Shown here: piece after piece, positions 9,001 through 19,336 of the stretch | Layout of the letters: every line of letters starts with the position of its first letter | Position numbering within the stretch: position 1 is the first letter of the stretch | DNA from: Longimicrobiales bacterium | GTDB lineage: Bacteria; Gemmatimonadota; Gemmatimonadetes; Longimicrobiales; Gaopeijiaceae | DNA: 64,000 bases | NCBI GenBank assembly: GCA_965248195.1 | Contig: CBDFIQ010000002.1 | Span: 2,848,001 to 2,912,000 of the forward strand | Direction: 5' to 3' | The notes under the pieces: model-generated | The model's input: the letters and a program-made list of their open reading frames with translations, nothing else | Told to the model about the DNA's origin: nothing | Database searches by the model: none | Translations under genes and position numbers: made by a program

Positions 9001-12000
9001 CGAGCCAAGCGAGCTTGGCCGCACTCGTACGGCTCCAGGAACAGACCGTCGAGGTACATCGACAGTTCCTGGAATCGCAGGAGCGGACGATCCAAGCCAT
9101 CATCCAGCATCAGGGTCTGGCCGCTCCCGGTGAGGCCGCTACGACAGCCATACCCGCCACTGCACCGGCCGAAACATCGGTCGCCGCACTGGATGACGCA
9201 GGGGTGGAGGCGATCCCCGGCGTGGCGGCAGCGCTGCTCTCGGTGGTTTCGGAAAAGACGGGTTACCCAGAGGAGATGCTCGACCTCTCGATGGGGTTGG
9301 ACGCCGACCTCGGCATCGATTCGATCAAGCGGGTCGAGATCCTTTCAGCTTTGCAGGAGCGCCTTCCTGAGGCCCCCGCCATCACCCCGGAGCACCTGGG
9401 TGAAATCCAGACCCTCGGCCAGATCGTCGATTTCTTGGGTGGATCCCCGGAGGCCGCTAAGCCCGAAGCGCCGGCGCCCGAAGCACCGGCGCCCGAGGCT
9501 CCGACGGTGGACCCTGTGGCGCCAGAGCCACACGAAGCGAGCGGATCAACCACGAATGGTGTCGTCGCGGATACGGCAAACGGGGCTCGCGGCTCCGCGG
9601 ATATTGCGGAGATTCTCTTGGGCGTCGTTGCCGAAAAGACAGGCTACCCCGTGGATATGCTCGATGTCTCGATGAACCTCGACGCCGACCTCGGCATCGA
9701 TTCCATCAAGCGGGTCGAGATCCTGTCCGCCCTTCAGCAGGTCCTTCCAGAGGCCCCCGTCGTGGCCCCGGATCAGTTGGGGGAGTTGCGAACGCTAAGC
9801 CAGATCGTCGACCTCCTGTCGAACGAGGCGGAATCCGTCCCTGCGACTTCTTCGCCCGAACCAGCGGAGCACGTTGCGGAGGGCGCGGCTGATGAAATCC
9901 CGACCAGGGCCGACGATCGGTCCACGTCAGCCGGCATAGAGCGTTTCGTTCCCACGCTCCACCCCGTTCAGGGTACGGGTGACCCCATCGGGCTCCCGGC
10001 AGGCTCCAAGATCTGGGTGACCAAGAGTGGCGATGTCCTATCGGGCCAGATTGTGGAGGAGCTGAGCGCACAGGGGTTCGCAGCGGAAGAGATCGAGTTG
10101 AGCCAAGATGGACATGACCCACCGGACGAACTGGCCGGACTCATCGTCGTCGTGCCCCCTCAGGTCACAGACGAGGACATCCTCTTCGGCTTTGGACGAA
10201 TGCGAGCGATGGCGCCCGTTCTTCGGCGGGCGGCGCTTCAGGGTGGTGCGCTCCTGTGCAGCGTCACCGCCCTCGGCGGTGGTTTCGCCCTCGACGCTCC
10301 ACCGCCCGAAGACGTCGATCCAACCGGTGGCGCCTGGGGGGGGATGCTGAAGACGGCGGCCGCCGAATGGACCGACGTCAATTGCCGGACGATCGACGTC
10401 GATCCCTCCCGGGAGGGTCTCGCCGCGGAGATCGTGCGCCATGCGCTGTCCCAAGGGCCCGTGGAGATCGGCCTGGGTCCCGACGGTCCCCAAACGGTGG
10501 TCCTCGAACCCCAATCGGTTCAGCCTGTGGAGGCGTCGTTCCCCGGCTCGGACGACACGGTGTTGATTACCGGAGGGGCCCGTGGTGTGACCGCCGAGGT
10601 CGCGGTAGCGATGGCGGAGGCCGGGCAGCCGCGTCTCATCCTCATGGGGCGTAGTCCGGAGCCCGAGAAGGAGCCCGATTGGCTGATCGGCCTCAACGGC
10701 GAGGCCGAGATCAAACGGGCGATCCTGACTCACGTGGGACCGAGTATCACCCCCCAGGAGGTTCAGGCCGAATTCAACCGCATCCGCGCTGGTAGGGAGA
10801 TCCGCCGCACCATCGAGCGTATCTCCAAGGCCGGTTCGGAGGTCGCATACCGGTCGGCCGATGTGCGAGACGCCGACGCGGTCCGTCGCACGCTCGCTCC
10901 ACTCATCGAGGAATACGGACCCGTCACGGGGCTTGTACACGGAGCCGGCGTCCTGGCGGACCGAAGTATCGAGGACAAGAGCGACGATGATTTCGCCCGC
11001 GTCTACGGGACCAAGGTCGGGGGGCTCCGCTCGGTGCTGAAGGCCATAGGGGACGGCCCTCTCAAAGCGATGGTGTTTTTCTCGTCCTCGACCGCGCGCT
11101 TCGGACGCCGCGGGCAGGTCGACTACGCGGCGGCAAACGAGGTCCTCAACAAAGTGGCCCGGACGGAAGCAGCAAAGCGGGACGGGTGCCGCGTCGTGTC
11201 GGTCAACTGGGGACCGTGGGACGGAGGAATGGTGACTCCCGGCCTGAGAAGCGTTTTCGCCGACGAAGGGATCGAGGTGATCGGCATGCGTAGGGGTGCG
11301 GCCTACCTCCTCGACGAGATCGCCACAGCCGACGGGCCCGCCGAGGTGCTCATTCTGGGGAGCGGATCGCAGGTCCCTGAGGTCGGATTGCTCCCAGTCC
11401 CGGGAGGGAATGGCGTACACACGGCCGCGAGCGGCGCGGGCACCGGGAGGAACGGGACCGGAGCCGCCGAAAACGGAGTCACGGCTCCCGAAAACGGGGC
11501 CGCAGCTGGGCCTTTCGCGGAGTTACCTACGGTGTTCGAGCGCACCATCACCACGGACACGCATGAATTCATGACGTCGCACGTGCTCGACGGCCGTGCG
11601 GTGCTACCGGCCGCGATGACGCTCGAGTGGCTGGCCCACGCCGCCCTCCATGGAAACCCCGGATTACGCTTCGTTGGCGTCGACGACCTACGTGTATTCA
11701 GGGGAGTCCTGGTTCAACCCAACGAGTCCTTGCGGGTCCGTGTTTGCGCGGACAAGGCACAAAAGCGGGGCGACGAATTCCATGTCGTGGCCGAGCTCTC
11801 CAGTGGCGGCAGCAATGGGCGCCGGGTTCTGCACGCGCGAGCCGCGGTCGTGTTGGCCGCCAATCCACTAGAAGCCGGTACCGCCAAGACCTCGAGCGAC
11901 CTCCCCGCCCTGGATCAGTCGATCGAGGCGATTTACGCCGAAACGCTCTTCCATGGTCCCAAAATGCGAGGACTGGTGGAGGTCGAAAGTTGTGGGGACG

Positions 12001-12392
12001 CTGGGCTGGTGGCACGCTGCCGCGTGGCTCCACCTCCGCGGGACTGGATGGACGAGCCGGTGCGGAGCCGGTGGATCGCCGATCCGCTCGCCGTGGACAG
12101 TGGCCTCCAGGCGATGATCGTCTGGACCTCCGACCGTGTGGGCGAGTTGTCATTGCCCTCACGGTTCACGCGCTATCGCCAGTTCGTATCATCCTTCCCC
12201 AAGGAGGGGGCCCGCATCGTCATCGACGTGCACGAGCGGACGAACGGAAAGGTCGTTTCCGATATCGATTGGATCGGCGATGACGGAGCGTTGATCGCCC
12301 GCCTGGAAGGGTACGAATCCGTGGTGGACTCTTCTCTGGGCAAGGCGTTCCGTCACAACCGACTCGACGAGAGCGCACCCACGAAGGCGTAA
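6045..12392 (+). CDS. pfaA: PfaA-like iterative type I PKS: KS-MAT-ACP-ACP-KR-DH
   Basis: KS DSACASS/EAHGTGT/GHTK; MAT GHSYG and AFHS; two LGIDSIKRVEIL ACPs; KR GGARGV and YAAAN; DH HVLDGRAVLP; TTG start overlaps the pfaD TGA. Confidence 0.92.
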   Translation: MSDRNEDRAAAQSPIAIVGMSCLFPGASGLREYWANVRDGFDAITDVPASHWSVGDYFDADPSAPDMTYGRRGGFLDAVDFDPMGFGISPRDLEATDSTQLLGMHVAREALRDAGYGADGLVFDRERTSVILGVSGTLPLVIPLGARLGHPIWRRALAEAGVDPETGEDVIARIADGYVPWQENSFPGLLANVVAGRIANTLDLHGTNCIVDSACASSLSAIHLASLELEAGRADMVLSGGLDTFNDIFMYMCFSKTPALSASGNAQPFSQQADGTILGEGVGVVALKRLADAERDGDRIYAVIKGLGSSSDGKGQAVYAPSPEGQARALREAYRNAGVTPDTVGLVEAHGTGTVVGDATEARGLTSVYGDTSREGAWCALGSVKSMIGHTKAAAGAAGLIKAVMALHHKILPPTIKVEIPNKAVTPGETPFYVNTEKRPWVPEGGHPRRAGVSAFGFGGSNFHCVVEEYESRAAAVDWDGRDQIFAFSAESREALASKLKDFDAGSEWAEIRGRAAETREGFDASHEARLLIVAERDGKSPADLIALALVRLEESPSAWSLPQGIFFGSGSSKGGWAACFPGQGAQYVGMLREVVCRFPVAADALAAATEATPGLADKIYPHPAFDDDGRAEQEADLRATQSAQPALGAVSLGAFRVLEQFGIAPDATCGHSYGELVALCAAGRMSPSELHGLSSLRGHLMTVGDGDRGSMLAVSAECDRVQALIRKHELDLVVANHNAPRQVVLSGVTDEIHRAADILSDEGIRTKKLAVSAAFHSPLVAEAAEPFTEHVKGVKLTRSAVPVYANTTGTRYPATPAGARKVLSRQLASPVDFVRCVKAMFDDGVRTFIEVGPSGRLSGLIREILADEEITVAAVDASSGQRPGLVDLARMLAQLAAAGHAVALDRWDEGALEAWRREAAREKPALTVKISGANHVTERPKRPPRAAAPTAVPTAAAPVASAPPAFEPATTVTSDPEVLAEAMRASQASLAALVRLQEQTVEVHRQFLESQERTIQAIIQHQGLAAPGEAATTAIPATAPAETSVAALDDAGVEAIPGVAAALLSVVSEKTGYPEEMLDLSMGLDADLGIDSIKRVEILSALQERLPEAPAITPEHLGEIQTLGQIVDFLGGSPEAAKPEAPAPEAPAPEAPTVDPVAPEPHEASGSTTNGVVADTANGARGSADIAEILLGVVAEKTGYPVDMLDVSMNLDADLGIDSIKRVEILSALQQVLPEAPVVAPDQLGELRTLSQIVDLLSNEAESVPATSSPEPAEHVAEGAADEIPTRADDRSTSAGIERFVPTLHPVQGTGDPIGLPAGSKIWVTKSGDVLSGQIVEELSAQGFAAEEIELSQDGHDPPDELAGLIVVVPPQVTDEDILFGFGRMRAMAPVLRRAALQGGALLCSVTALGGGFALDAPPPEDVDPTGGAWGGMLKTAAAEWTDVNCRTIDVDPSREGLAAEIVRHALSQGPVEIGLGPDGPQTVVLEPQSVQPVEASFPGSDDTVLITGGARGVTAEVAVAMAEAGQPRLILMGRSPEPEKEPDWLIGLNGEAEIKRAILTHVGPSITPQEVQAEFNRIRAGREIRRTIERISKAGSEVAYRSADVRDADAVRRTLAPLIEEYGPVTGLVHGAGVLADRSIEDKSDDDFARVYGTKVGGLRSVLKAIGDGPLKAMVFFSSSTARFGRRGQVDYAAANEVLNKVARTEAAKRDGCRVVSVNWGPWDGGMVTPGLRSVFADEGIEVIGMRRGAAYLLDEIATADGPAEVLILGSGSQVPEVGLLPVPGGNGVHTAASGAGTGRNGTGAAENGVTAPENGAAAGPFAELPTVFERTITTDTHEFMTSHVLDGRAVLPAAMTLEWLAHAALHGNPGLRFVGVDDLRVFRGVLVQPNESLRVRVCADKAQKRGDEFHVVAELSSGGSNGRRVLHARAAVVLAANPLEAGTAKTSSDLPALDQSIEAIYAETLFHGPKMRGLVEVESCGDAGLVARCRVAPPPRDWMDEPVRSRWIADPLAVDSGLQAMIVWTSDRVGELSLPSRFTRYRQFVSSFPKEGARIVIDVHERTNGKVVSDIDWIGDDGALIARLEGYESVVDSSLGKAFRHNRLDESAPTKA

Positions 12393-12397
12393 TCCGC

Positions 12398-15300
12398 ATG
12401 CCCGAGCCGATTGCCATCGTCGGACTCGGAGCGGTGCTTCCCGGCGCCCCGACGCTCGACGATTTCTGGAGTGTCGTTGAGGCGGGGGTGGACACGGCCT
12501 CCGATCCACCCTCCGACCGCTGGTGCCTTGATCCCGATCGTGCCTACTCGACGGACCAGGCACAACCCGATCGTGTCCACTCTCGACGTGCCTGCTTCGT
12601 CCGTGATTTCCAACTCGACATCCAAGGAATCTACCTTCCTCCGGAGTTGGTCGAATCTCTCGATCCCATGGTACACCTGGCGCTGCACGCCGGGCGGCAG
12701 GCTTGGCTCGACTCCGTAACGGATCCGGTCGATCCCGCTCGTGTGGGCGTGATGCTGGGCAACATCGTCCTCCCCACGGCGTCTGCCTCCGCGATGGCGG
12801 AATGGATTCTCGGCCGGCGCCATGAGCGAGAGCTCTTCCGGGCGGCGGGTGTGCCAACACCCCCTGAGACGCGGGCACCTGTGGCCGCGATAAACCGATG
12901 GGTCGCGGGCCTCCCAGCGGCGATGCTGGCCAAGGGGTTGGGACTCGGGGGCGATCGATTCTGCATCGACGCCGCCTGTTCGTCGTCGCTTTTTACCGTG
13001 GAGCTCGCGGTGGACGCTCTACGGCAAGGACGCCTCGACGCGGTCCTCGCCGGCGGGCTGTCGCGACCGGATTCGCTCTACACGCAGATGGGGTTTTCGC
13101 AGCTGCTCGCCGTCTCGCCTACGGGCCGGTGCTCTCCGTTCGACCGTAAGAGCGACGGCCTGGTTGTGGGCGAGGGAGCCGGCGTACTGGTGCTGAAGCG
13201 TCTGTCCGACGCACGACGGCAGGGCGATCGAGTCCGTGCGGTCATCCACTCGGTCGGGCTTTCCAACGATGTCGAGGGCAGTCTCCTCGCTCCCAGCCGA
13301 GAGGGACAGTTGCGCGCCATGCGGGGAGCCTACGAAGCGGCAGGGTGGACCCCGAGCCAGGTCGAGATGGTCGAGTGCCATGCGACGGGCACCCCGGTCG
13401 GAGATTCTGTCGAGTTCGCGAGCCTCCAGGCGCTTTGGACCGAGGAGAAGTACGAACCCGGCCAGTGTGTGATCGGGTCGGCCAAATCGAACACCGGCCA
13501 TCTACTCACCGGAGCAGGAGCCGTCGGCCTCCTTAAGACGGTGCTGGCGATGGAGAATCGGGTTCTCCCACCCACAGCAAATTTCGAAAAGCCCGGGCAC
13601 AACATCGATCTTGATGGAAGTCCGTTTCGTGTGCTCGCCGCGGCCGATCCGTGGAGGTCTCGCCCCGATCACCCGCGCCGGGCGGCGGTCAGCGGCTTCG
13701 GCTTCGGAGGGACCAACGCCCACGTGCTCCTGGAGGAGCCGACCGAACCGAGCCGAGGACGGTCGGTCGTCAGTGTCGCCGAGCAGCCTCCCGCCACGAA
13801 GGGCGCAAGTGTAGCCATCGTCGGGATGGGGGCTCGAGTCGGTCCGTGGAAGAACCTCGTCGAGGTCGGAGACCGGTTGATGGGCCGAGGCGAAAATCAT
13901 CCCGTCCGGGCCAAGGTGAACCACTGGGGTTTTCCGGACGCGCCCGTCGGATGGTTCATCGAGGAGCTCGAGATTCCGATCGGTCGATTCAAGATCCCTC
14001 CCCGGGAGGTCGAAGAGGCCCTTCCCCAACAGATGCTCATGCTTCAGATAGCGGAGCAAGCGATCGCCGACGCGGATCTCACCGAGGTCGATCGCCTTCG
14101 GACCGGCGTCTTCATCGGGGTCGAACTCGACCTCAACACGACGAACTACCACCTCCGTTGGGCGGTGCGGTCACGTGCGACCGATTGGGCGCAACGACTC
14201 GGTCGCCGCTCGAACGGTGACGCGTTCGACCGATGGGTGGACGAGCTCTGCGATTCGCTCACACCCGCGCTCAACGCAAACCGAACGATCGGCGGGCTCG
14301 GTTCGATCGCAGCCAGCCGTATCGCCCGGGAGTTCGGACTGGGCGGACCCAGCTACGTGATATCCAGCGAAGAGACCTCCGGCCTCTCCGCCCTCCACGC
14401 CGCATCCCGCACGCTCCAGCAGGGACGTATCGATTGCGCCATCGTCGGGGCGGTCGACCTGGCAGGGGATGTGCGTTCCCTGATCTCCATCGAGAGCACC
14501 GACGGCTTGGCCACGCCCGGCCCTTCAGGGCCGGCTGACGGAGCTTCGGCCGGGATCGTACCTAGCGACGGCGCCGTCGCGCTCGTATTGAAGCGCCCAG
14601 CGGACGCCGCCCGCGACGGCGACCGTGTGTATGCGCTCGTACGGGCGATCGGGACCGCCGGCGGCGACCCGAGCTCGCCCCATTCGGATTCTTACGAATC
14701 GGACTCTTCGGTCAGAGAAGCGATTCGCAGAAGCTGTGAAGACGCCGACGTTGCCGTGCGGGACATCCCGTACGTAGAGATGCACGGTTGCGGTGTCTCC
14801 GGTCGCGACCGCGCCGAAATGACCGCGCTTTCCGAGGCTTTCGGGCCGGACACAGTGCTCGGTTGTACGAAGGCCCGAGTCGGGCACACCGGGGCTTCAG
14901 CCGGCCTCCTATCCGTACTGGGCGCCACGCTCTCGCTTTACCGAAAGGTTTTGCCGGCCGCCGCGGGACATAACGGCACGGGGCTCACCCCGTTGGGCGA
15001 CCCCACACCTTGGGTTCGCGATCGCATCGACGGTCCGCGTCGAACCGGCGTCCTCGCGGTCTCGCGTGGCGAGTCGTGCTCCCATGTGATCCTGGAGGAA
15101 TCCGAGGTGGAAGCGGCGCCGAAGTCCCAGTCCGGGGCCGAGGCGCGGACGGCCGCATCGGGTGGCAGTCTTCCGCTGAGCGAAGGGCTTTTCGTCGTCG
15201 AAGGAGACGACGATGCGGAAATCGTGGCCGGTCTACGGGAGCTTCAGAACATCGGCACTGAGGCTGCGACCGACGTTGCCCCTGACGCTGCGACCGACGC

Positions 15301-18300
15301 TGCCACTAACGCTGCCCCCGACGCCCATCGGGTCGGGGCGGCGGCTATCCACCTACTCGCGAAGAGCTGGTGGAACAGCCTCCCCAGCCGCCCCGATGCC
15401 CGCCTCGCCATCACCCTGATCGCTCGAGATGCTCGCGAGCTGAGGGCACTAGGCCGGTCCGCAGCAGACCAACTCGAGCGAGGAGACGACCCATCGGACC
15501 GGAGCGCCGGCCGTGTGTTTTTCTCGCGGGACCCCCTTGGGCCGGGGGGAGAATTGGCCTTCGTCTACCCCGGATCAGGAAACCAATATGCCGGAATGGG
15601 ACGCGAACTCTGCCTACAGTGGCCTGAGATTCTTCGCGCTCAAGACCAGCGAAATGAACGGCTGAGATCGCAGCTCAAGGCCGCTGAGATCTGGGGAGTC
15701 GGATCGGACATCGGAGACGCCAGGACCGTCATTCTTGCCCAGGTCGCTTTCGGCACGATCGGCACGGATCTCATGGCCGGCTTCGGCGTTCATCCCGACG
15801 CGATCGTAGGCTACTCCCTTGGTGAGACCGCCGGACTCTTCTCGGTTGGCGCGTGGCATGAACGGGACGAGATGCTCCGACGCGTGACAGAGCGAGAGTT
15901 GTTCGTCAGCGATTTGACGGGACCCTGCAACGCCGCGCGAAGAGCCTGGGGCATCGCGGAGGACGCGGAGGTGGACTGGAGCGTCGGCGTGGTAGAGACG
16001 CCGGCCGATCGGGCCCGTAAGGTCATAGCGAAGCTCGACCGGGTGTATTTGCTCATCGTAAACACGCCAAGCGAATGCGTGATCGGAGGCGAACGCTCGG
16101 CGGTCCGGAAAGCCGTCGAGATGCTGGGGGGTGCCTTCCACGCCCTGGAGGGCGTCCCGACCGTGCATTGTGAGGTCGCCGAGGAGGTATCGGAGGCGTA
16201 CCGCGACCTGCATGTGTTGGACACACGCCCGCCGGAGGGCATGCGTTTTTACAGCGGAGCGTGGGGTAAGGCGTACGAAGTGGATCAGGATCGGGCGGCG
16301 GACTCTCTCTTGGCCCAGGCGATCCAGGGAGTGGACTTCCCCAAGACCGTAAGACAGGCCTATGACGACGGCGTGAGAATCTTCTTGGAGATGGGCCCGG
16401 GCGGATCGTGCGCCCGGATGATCCACAAGATTCTCGATGGCGTGCCGTTCCGGGCAGGCTCGATCTCCTCTGCCACGCAGGATGAGCCCTCCGCGGTCCT
16501 CCGAGCACTCGGGATGCTCATCGCGGAGCGCGTCCCGGTCGATCTGGCGCAGCTTTACCCGGGGGGCAGCCTGGTGGAGCACGAGTCGGGGCCCGTCATT
16601 CGGATTCCGGTCGGGCAGGCAAGCTTCGGGCCTTTGCCGCTCGCTTTCCCATCCCCGACCCGTTCCCCGTCCCCGATCCCTTTCCCATCCCCGATCCCTT
16701 CCCCATCCCCGATCCCTTCACCCAGGGACTGGGCGATCGTCTCGCCTGGCCTGAGCGAAGCCGTCCGAGCGGCTGAGACCACGATCCAGGCCCACGAAGC
16801 GTTCCTCCGAACCGCGCAACGGACCCAGGAGCTCGCTCAGGGCGAGTACGCCAGACAGCAAGGACTGATTCGGGCCATGGCGGGTGATGGCACTGCGCCC
16901 GCCCCGCTTCCCGCCCGTACGATGGCGATGGATCGCGACCAGCTCATGGAGTTCGCGATCGGATCGATCGGCCGCGCCCTCGGAGAGCGCTTCGCTCACG
17001 TAGACGAACACCCGACGCGGGTTCGTCTTCCGGATGAGCCGCTCATGCTCGTCGACCGTGTCACGAACATCGAGGCCGAACCACAATCGATGACGTCGGG
17101 GCGGATCGTCACCGAGCATGACGTTCTCGAGGGTGGGTGGTATCTCGACGGTGGGCGACTCCCGACGTGCGTCGCCGTTGAGGCAGGCCAAGCCGATCTT
17201 CTTCTTTCGGGCTACCTGGGGATCGACTCGGAGACCCAGGGCCTAGCCGTTTATCGGCTTCTCGACGCGGTGGTCACCTTCCACTCCGAGCTGCCGCATC
17301 CCGGACAAGTCATCCAATACGACATCCGCATTCTCCGCTTCTTCCGCCAGGGCGACACCTGGCTTTTCCGCTTCCAGTTCGACTCCACCGTGAACGGCCG
17401 GCCGCTCCTGACGATGCGCGAGGGGACGGCAGGCTTCTTCACCAAGGGCGAGCTCGACGCCGGCAAAGGGATCGTCCGTAGTGGAATCGACGAACAGGAC
17501 CTGGCTGGAAGCCGCCCCACCGACTGGCGGGACCTGGTACCGATGGGAGAGGACTCCTTCAGCGACGCACGACTGGAGGCACTTCGTGCGGGAGACCTGA
17601 TCGGCGCCTTCGGAAAGGCTTTCTCGGGTCTGCCGGTGACACGGCCGCTTACGATCCCAGGAGAACGTATGCGGCTGGTCCACCGCGTCACCGAGCTCGA
17701 TCCCGAAGGAGGGCGGTACGGGATCGGCAGTATCGTGGCGGAGGCGGACATCCAACCCGACGACTGGTTCCTCACGTGCCACTTCTCCGACGACCAGGTG
17801 ATGCCGGGCACCCTGATGTACGAATGCTGCTTGCACACGCTCCGAATTTTTCTCCTACGCATGGGTTGGATCGCCGAAGCGGACAGCGCGACGTGGCAGC
17901 CCATCGTGGATGTCAGGAGCCGACTTCGGTGCCGGGGCCAGGTGCTCCCCTCCACGAAGAAGGTCAGGTACGAGATCCATTTGCGTGAGTTGGGCTATCA
18001 GCCGGAGCCCTACACGATCGCCGATGCGCTCATGTACGCGGACGGAAAGCCGGTCGTGGAGATCCGCGACATGTCCGTCCGCCTGACCGGCACGGACCGG
18101 CGGAGGATTGAGGAGATGTGGGCGGACCGAAGGCCAGGTCGGGAGTCGGCCCCTAGGCCCATCGAGTCCTCGACGGGCGATGTCCGGCTCGCGAAGCCCG
18201 ATAGCACGCCTCTCTACGACAAGAACACCATCCTCGCGTTCGGCAGCGGCAAACCCTCCGAGGCGTTCGGAGCCGCGTACCGCGTCTTCGACGAAGGAGA

Positions 18301-19336
18301 CCGCCGCATCGCGCGGCTACCCCGTCCTCCGTATCAGTTCCTGGATCGGATCTCGGCGGTCGAGGGAGACCCGTTCGTGATGCAAGCCGGTGCGAGCGTC
18401 ACCGCCCACTTCGACGTGCGTGCGGATCACTGGTATTTCGGGAGCAATCGCCAACCCGAAATGCCGTTTGCGGTCCTCCTCGAAGTGGCCCTTCAGCCGT
18501 GCGGATGGCTGGCAGCCTACGTGGGATCGGCCTTGACGTCCGCCGAAAACCTTCGATTCCGCAATCTCGGTGGAGAGGCGATCCAGCTGGCGCGCCTGAA
18601 GGCCTCCGAGGATGTGATCACGACGCGGGTCGATCTGACAAGCGTGTCTACGTCGGGCGGTATGATCATACAGCACTACACCATGGCCCTTGAGAGCGAG
18701 CGGCTCGGGGCTCTTTATGAGGGCACGACCTACTTCGGCTTCTTCTCCGACCAGGCCCTGGCGGACCAGGTCGGCATTCGTGACGTGCCCATCCACGAGC
18801 CCACGCCGGCCGAGAGGGAAAGAGGCCATAGCCTGGTAATGCCGCACACCCCGCCCTTCCCCGAACCAAGGTTTCGCATGATCGATCAGATCGACCTCCT
18901 CGTGGCCGACGGCGGCGCCGACGGACTCGGGTGGGTGCACGGTTCGATCACCGTCGATCCCAGCGCTTGGTTTTTCGAGGCTCACTTCTACCAGGATCCG
19001 GTTTGGCCCGGCTCGCTGGGCCTCGAGGCCTTCATTCAGTTGCTCAAGGTGTACGCCGTGGACCGGTGGGACCTGGGGGAGCGCGCGGAGTTCGCGACGA
19101 TGACCCGTGGAGAGAACGCCGGTGCAGAAACGGCCAAGCCAGAGAACACTGGCGGACTCCGGCATCGCTGGACGTACCGCGGACAGATCATCCCGGGTTG
19201 CGAGCGGGTAGAGGTTTTCGCCAGCATCACGGAGGTGGACGACGTACGGAAGCGCGTGCGCGCCGACGGATTTCTCACGGTAGACGGCCGAACGATCTAC
19301 ACGATGAACGATTTTGGCTTGGATGTGATGGCTTGA
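12398..19336 (+). CDS. pfaBC: PfaB/PfaC fusion: KS-CLF-AT-FabA-like DH domains
   Basis: KS DAACSSS/ECHATGT; second KS has the catalytic Cys replaced (SSEETSG, CLF-like); AT GYSLG; DH CHFSDDQVMPG and AHFYQDPVWPG. Confidence 0.88.
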   Translation: MPEPIAIVGLGAVLPGAPTLDDFWSVVEAGVDTASDPPSDRWCLDPDRAYSTDQAQPDRVHSRRACFVRDFQLDIQGIYLPPELVESLDPMVHLALHAGRQAWLDSVTDPVDPARVGVMLGNIVLPTASASAMAEWILGRRHERELFRAAGVPTPPETRAPVAAINRWVAGLPAAMLAKGLGLGGDRFCIDAACSSSLFTVELAVDALRQGRLDAVLAGGLSRPDSLYTQMGFSQLLAVSPTGRCSPFDRKSDGLVVGEGAGVLVLKRLSDARRQGDRVRAVIHSVGLSNDVEGSLLAPSREGQLRAMRGAYEAAGWTPSQVEMVECHATGTPVGDSVEFASLQALWTEEKYEPGQCVIGSAKSNTGHLLTGAGAVGLLKTVLAMENRVLPPTANFEKPGHNIDLDGSPFRVLAAADPWRSRPDHPRRAAVSGFGFGGTNAHVLLEEPTEPSRGRSVVSVAEQPPATKGASVAIVGMGARVGPWKNLVEVGDRLMGRGENHPVRAKVNHWGFPDAPVGWFIEELEIPIGRFKIPPREVEEALPQQMLMLQIAEQAIADADLTEVDRLRTGVFIGVELDLNTTNYHLRWAVRSRATDWAQRLGRRSNGDAFDRWVDELCDSLTPALNANRTIGGLGSIAASRIAREFGLGGPSYVISSEETSGLSALHAASRTLQQGRIDCAIVGAVDLAGDVRSLISIESTDGLATPGPSGPADGASAGIVPSDGAVALVLKRPADAARDGDRVYALVRAIGTAGGDPSSPHSDSYESDSSVREAIRRSCEDADVAVRDIPYVEMHGCGVSGRDRAEMTALSEAFGPDTVLGCTKARVGHTGASAGLLSVLGATLSLYRKVLPAAAGHNGTGLTPLGDPTPWVRDRIDGPRRTGVLAVSRGESCSHVILEESEVEAAPKSQSGAEARTAASGGSLPLSEGLFVVEGDDDAEIVAGLRELQNIGTEAATDVAPDAATDAATNAAPDAHRVGAAAIHLLAKSWWNSLPSRPDARLAITLIARDARELRALGRSAADQLERGDDPSDRSAGRVFFSRDPLGPGGELAFVYPGSGNQYAGMGRELCLQWPEILRAQDQRNERLRSQLKAAEIWGVGSDIGDARTVILAQVAFGTIGTDLMAGFGVHPDAIVGYSLGETAGLFSVGAWHERDEMLRRVTERELFVSDLTGPCNAARRAWGIAEDAEVDWSVGVVETPADRARKVIAKLDRVYLLIVNTPSECVIGGERSAVRKAVEMLGGAFHALEGVPTVHCEVAEEVSEAYRDLHVLDTRPPEGMRFYSGAWGKAYEVDQDRAADSLLAQAIQGVDFPKTVRQAYDDGVRIFLEMGPGGSCARMIHKILDGVPFRAGSISSATQDEPSAVLRALGMLIAERVPVDLAQLYPGGSLVEHESGPVIRIPVGQASFGPLPLAFPSPTRSPSPIPFPSPIPSPSPIPSPRDWAIVSPGLSEAVRAAETTIQAHEAFLRTAQRTQELAQGEYARQQGLIRAMAGDGTAPAPLPARTMAMDRDQLMEFAIGSIGRALGERFAHVDEHPTRVRLPDEPLMLVDRVTNIEAEPQSMTSGRIVTEHDVLEGGWYLDGGRLPTCVAVEAGQADLLLSGYLGIDSETQGLAVYRLLDAVVTFHSELPHPGQVIQYDIRILRFFRQGDTWLFRFQFDSTVNGRPLLTMREGTAGFFTKGELDAGKGIVRSGIDEQDLAGSRPTDWRDLVPMGEDSFSDARLEALRAGDLIGAFGKAFSGLPVTRPLTIPGERMRLVHRVTELDPEGGRYGIGSIVAEADIQPDDWFLTCHFSDDQVMPGTLMYECCLHTLRIFLLRMGWIAEADSATWQPIVDVRSRLRCRGQVLPSTKKVRYEIHLRELGYQPEPYTIADALMYADGKPVVEIRDMSVRLTGTDRRRIEEMWADRRPGRESAPRPIESSTGDVRLAKPDSTPLYDKNTILAFGSGKPSEAFGAAYRVFDEGDRRIARLPRPPYQFLDRISAVEGDPFVMQAGASVTAHFDVRADHWYFGSNRQPEMPFAVLLEVALQPCGWLAAYVGSALTSAENLRFRNLGGEAIQLARLKASEDVITTRVDLTSVSTSGGMIIQHYTMALESERLGALYEGTTYFGFFSDQALADQVGIRDVPIHEPTPAERERGHSLVMPHTPPFPEPRFRMIDQIDLLVADGGADGLGWVHGSITVDPSAWFFEAHFYQDPVWPGSLGLEAFIQLLKVYAVDRWDLGERAEFATMTRGENAGAETAKPENTGGLRHRWTYRGQIIPGCERVEVFASITEVDDVRKRVRADGFLTVDGRTIYTMNDFGLDVMA
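16646..16717 (+). repeat. 4 x 18-bp tandem repeat encoding a Pro/Ser linker in pfaBC
   Basis: Near-identical units of t(t/c)ccc(a/g)tccccgatccct; encodes FPSPTR-SPSPIP-FPSPIP-SPSPIP. Confidence 0.85.

Noticed and set aside
6045..19336. Assigning EPA, DHA or heterocyst glycolipid as the product
   Set aside because: Chain length and unsaturation cannot be read from motifs, and the ole linkage points to olefins
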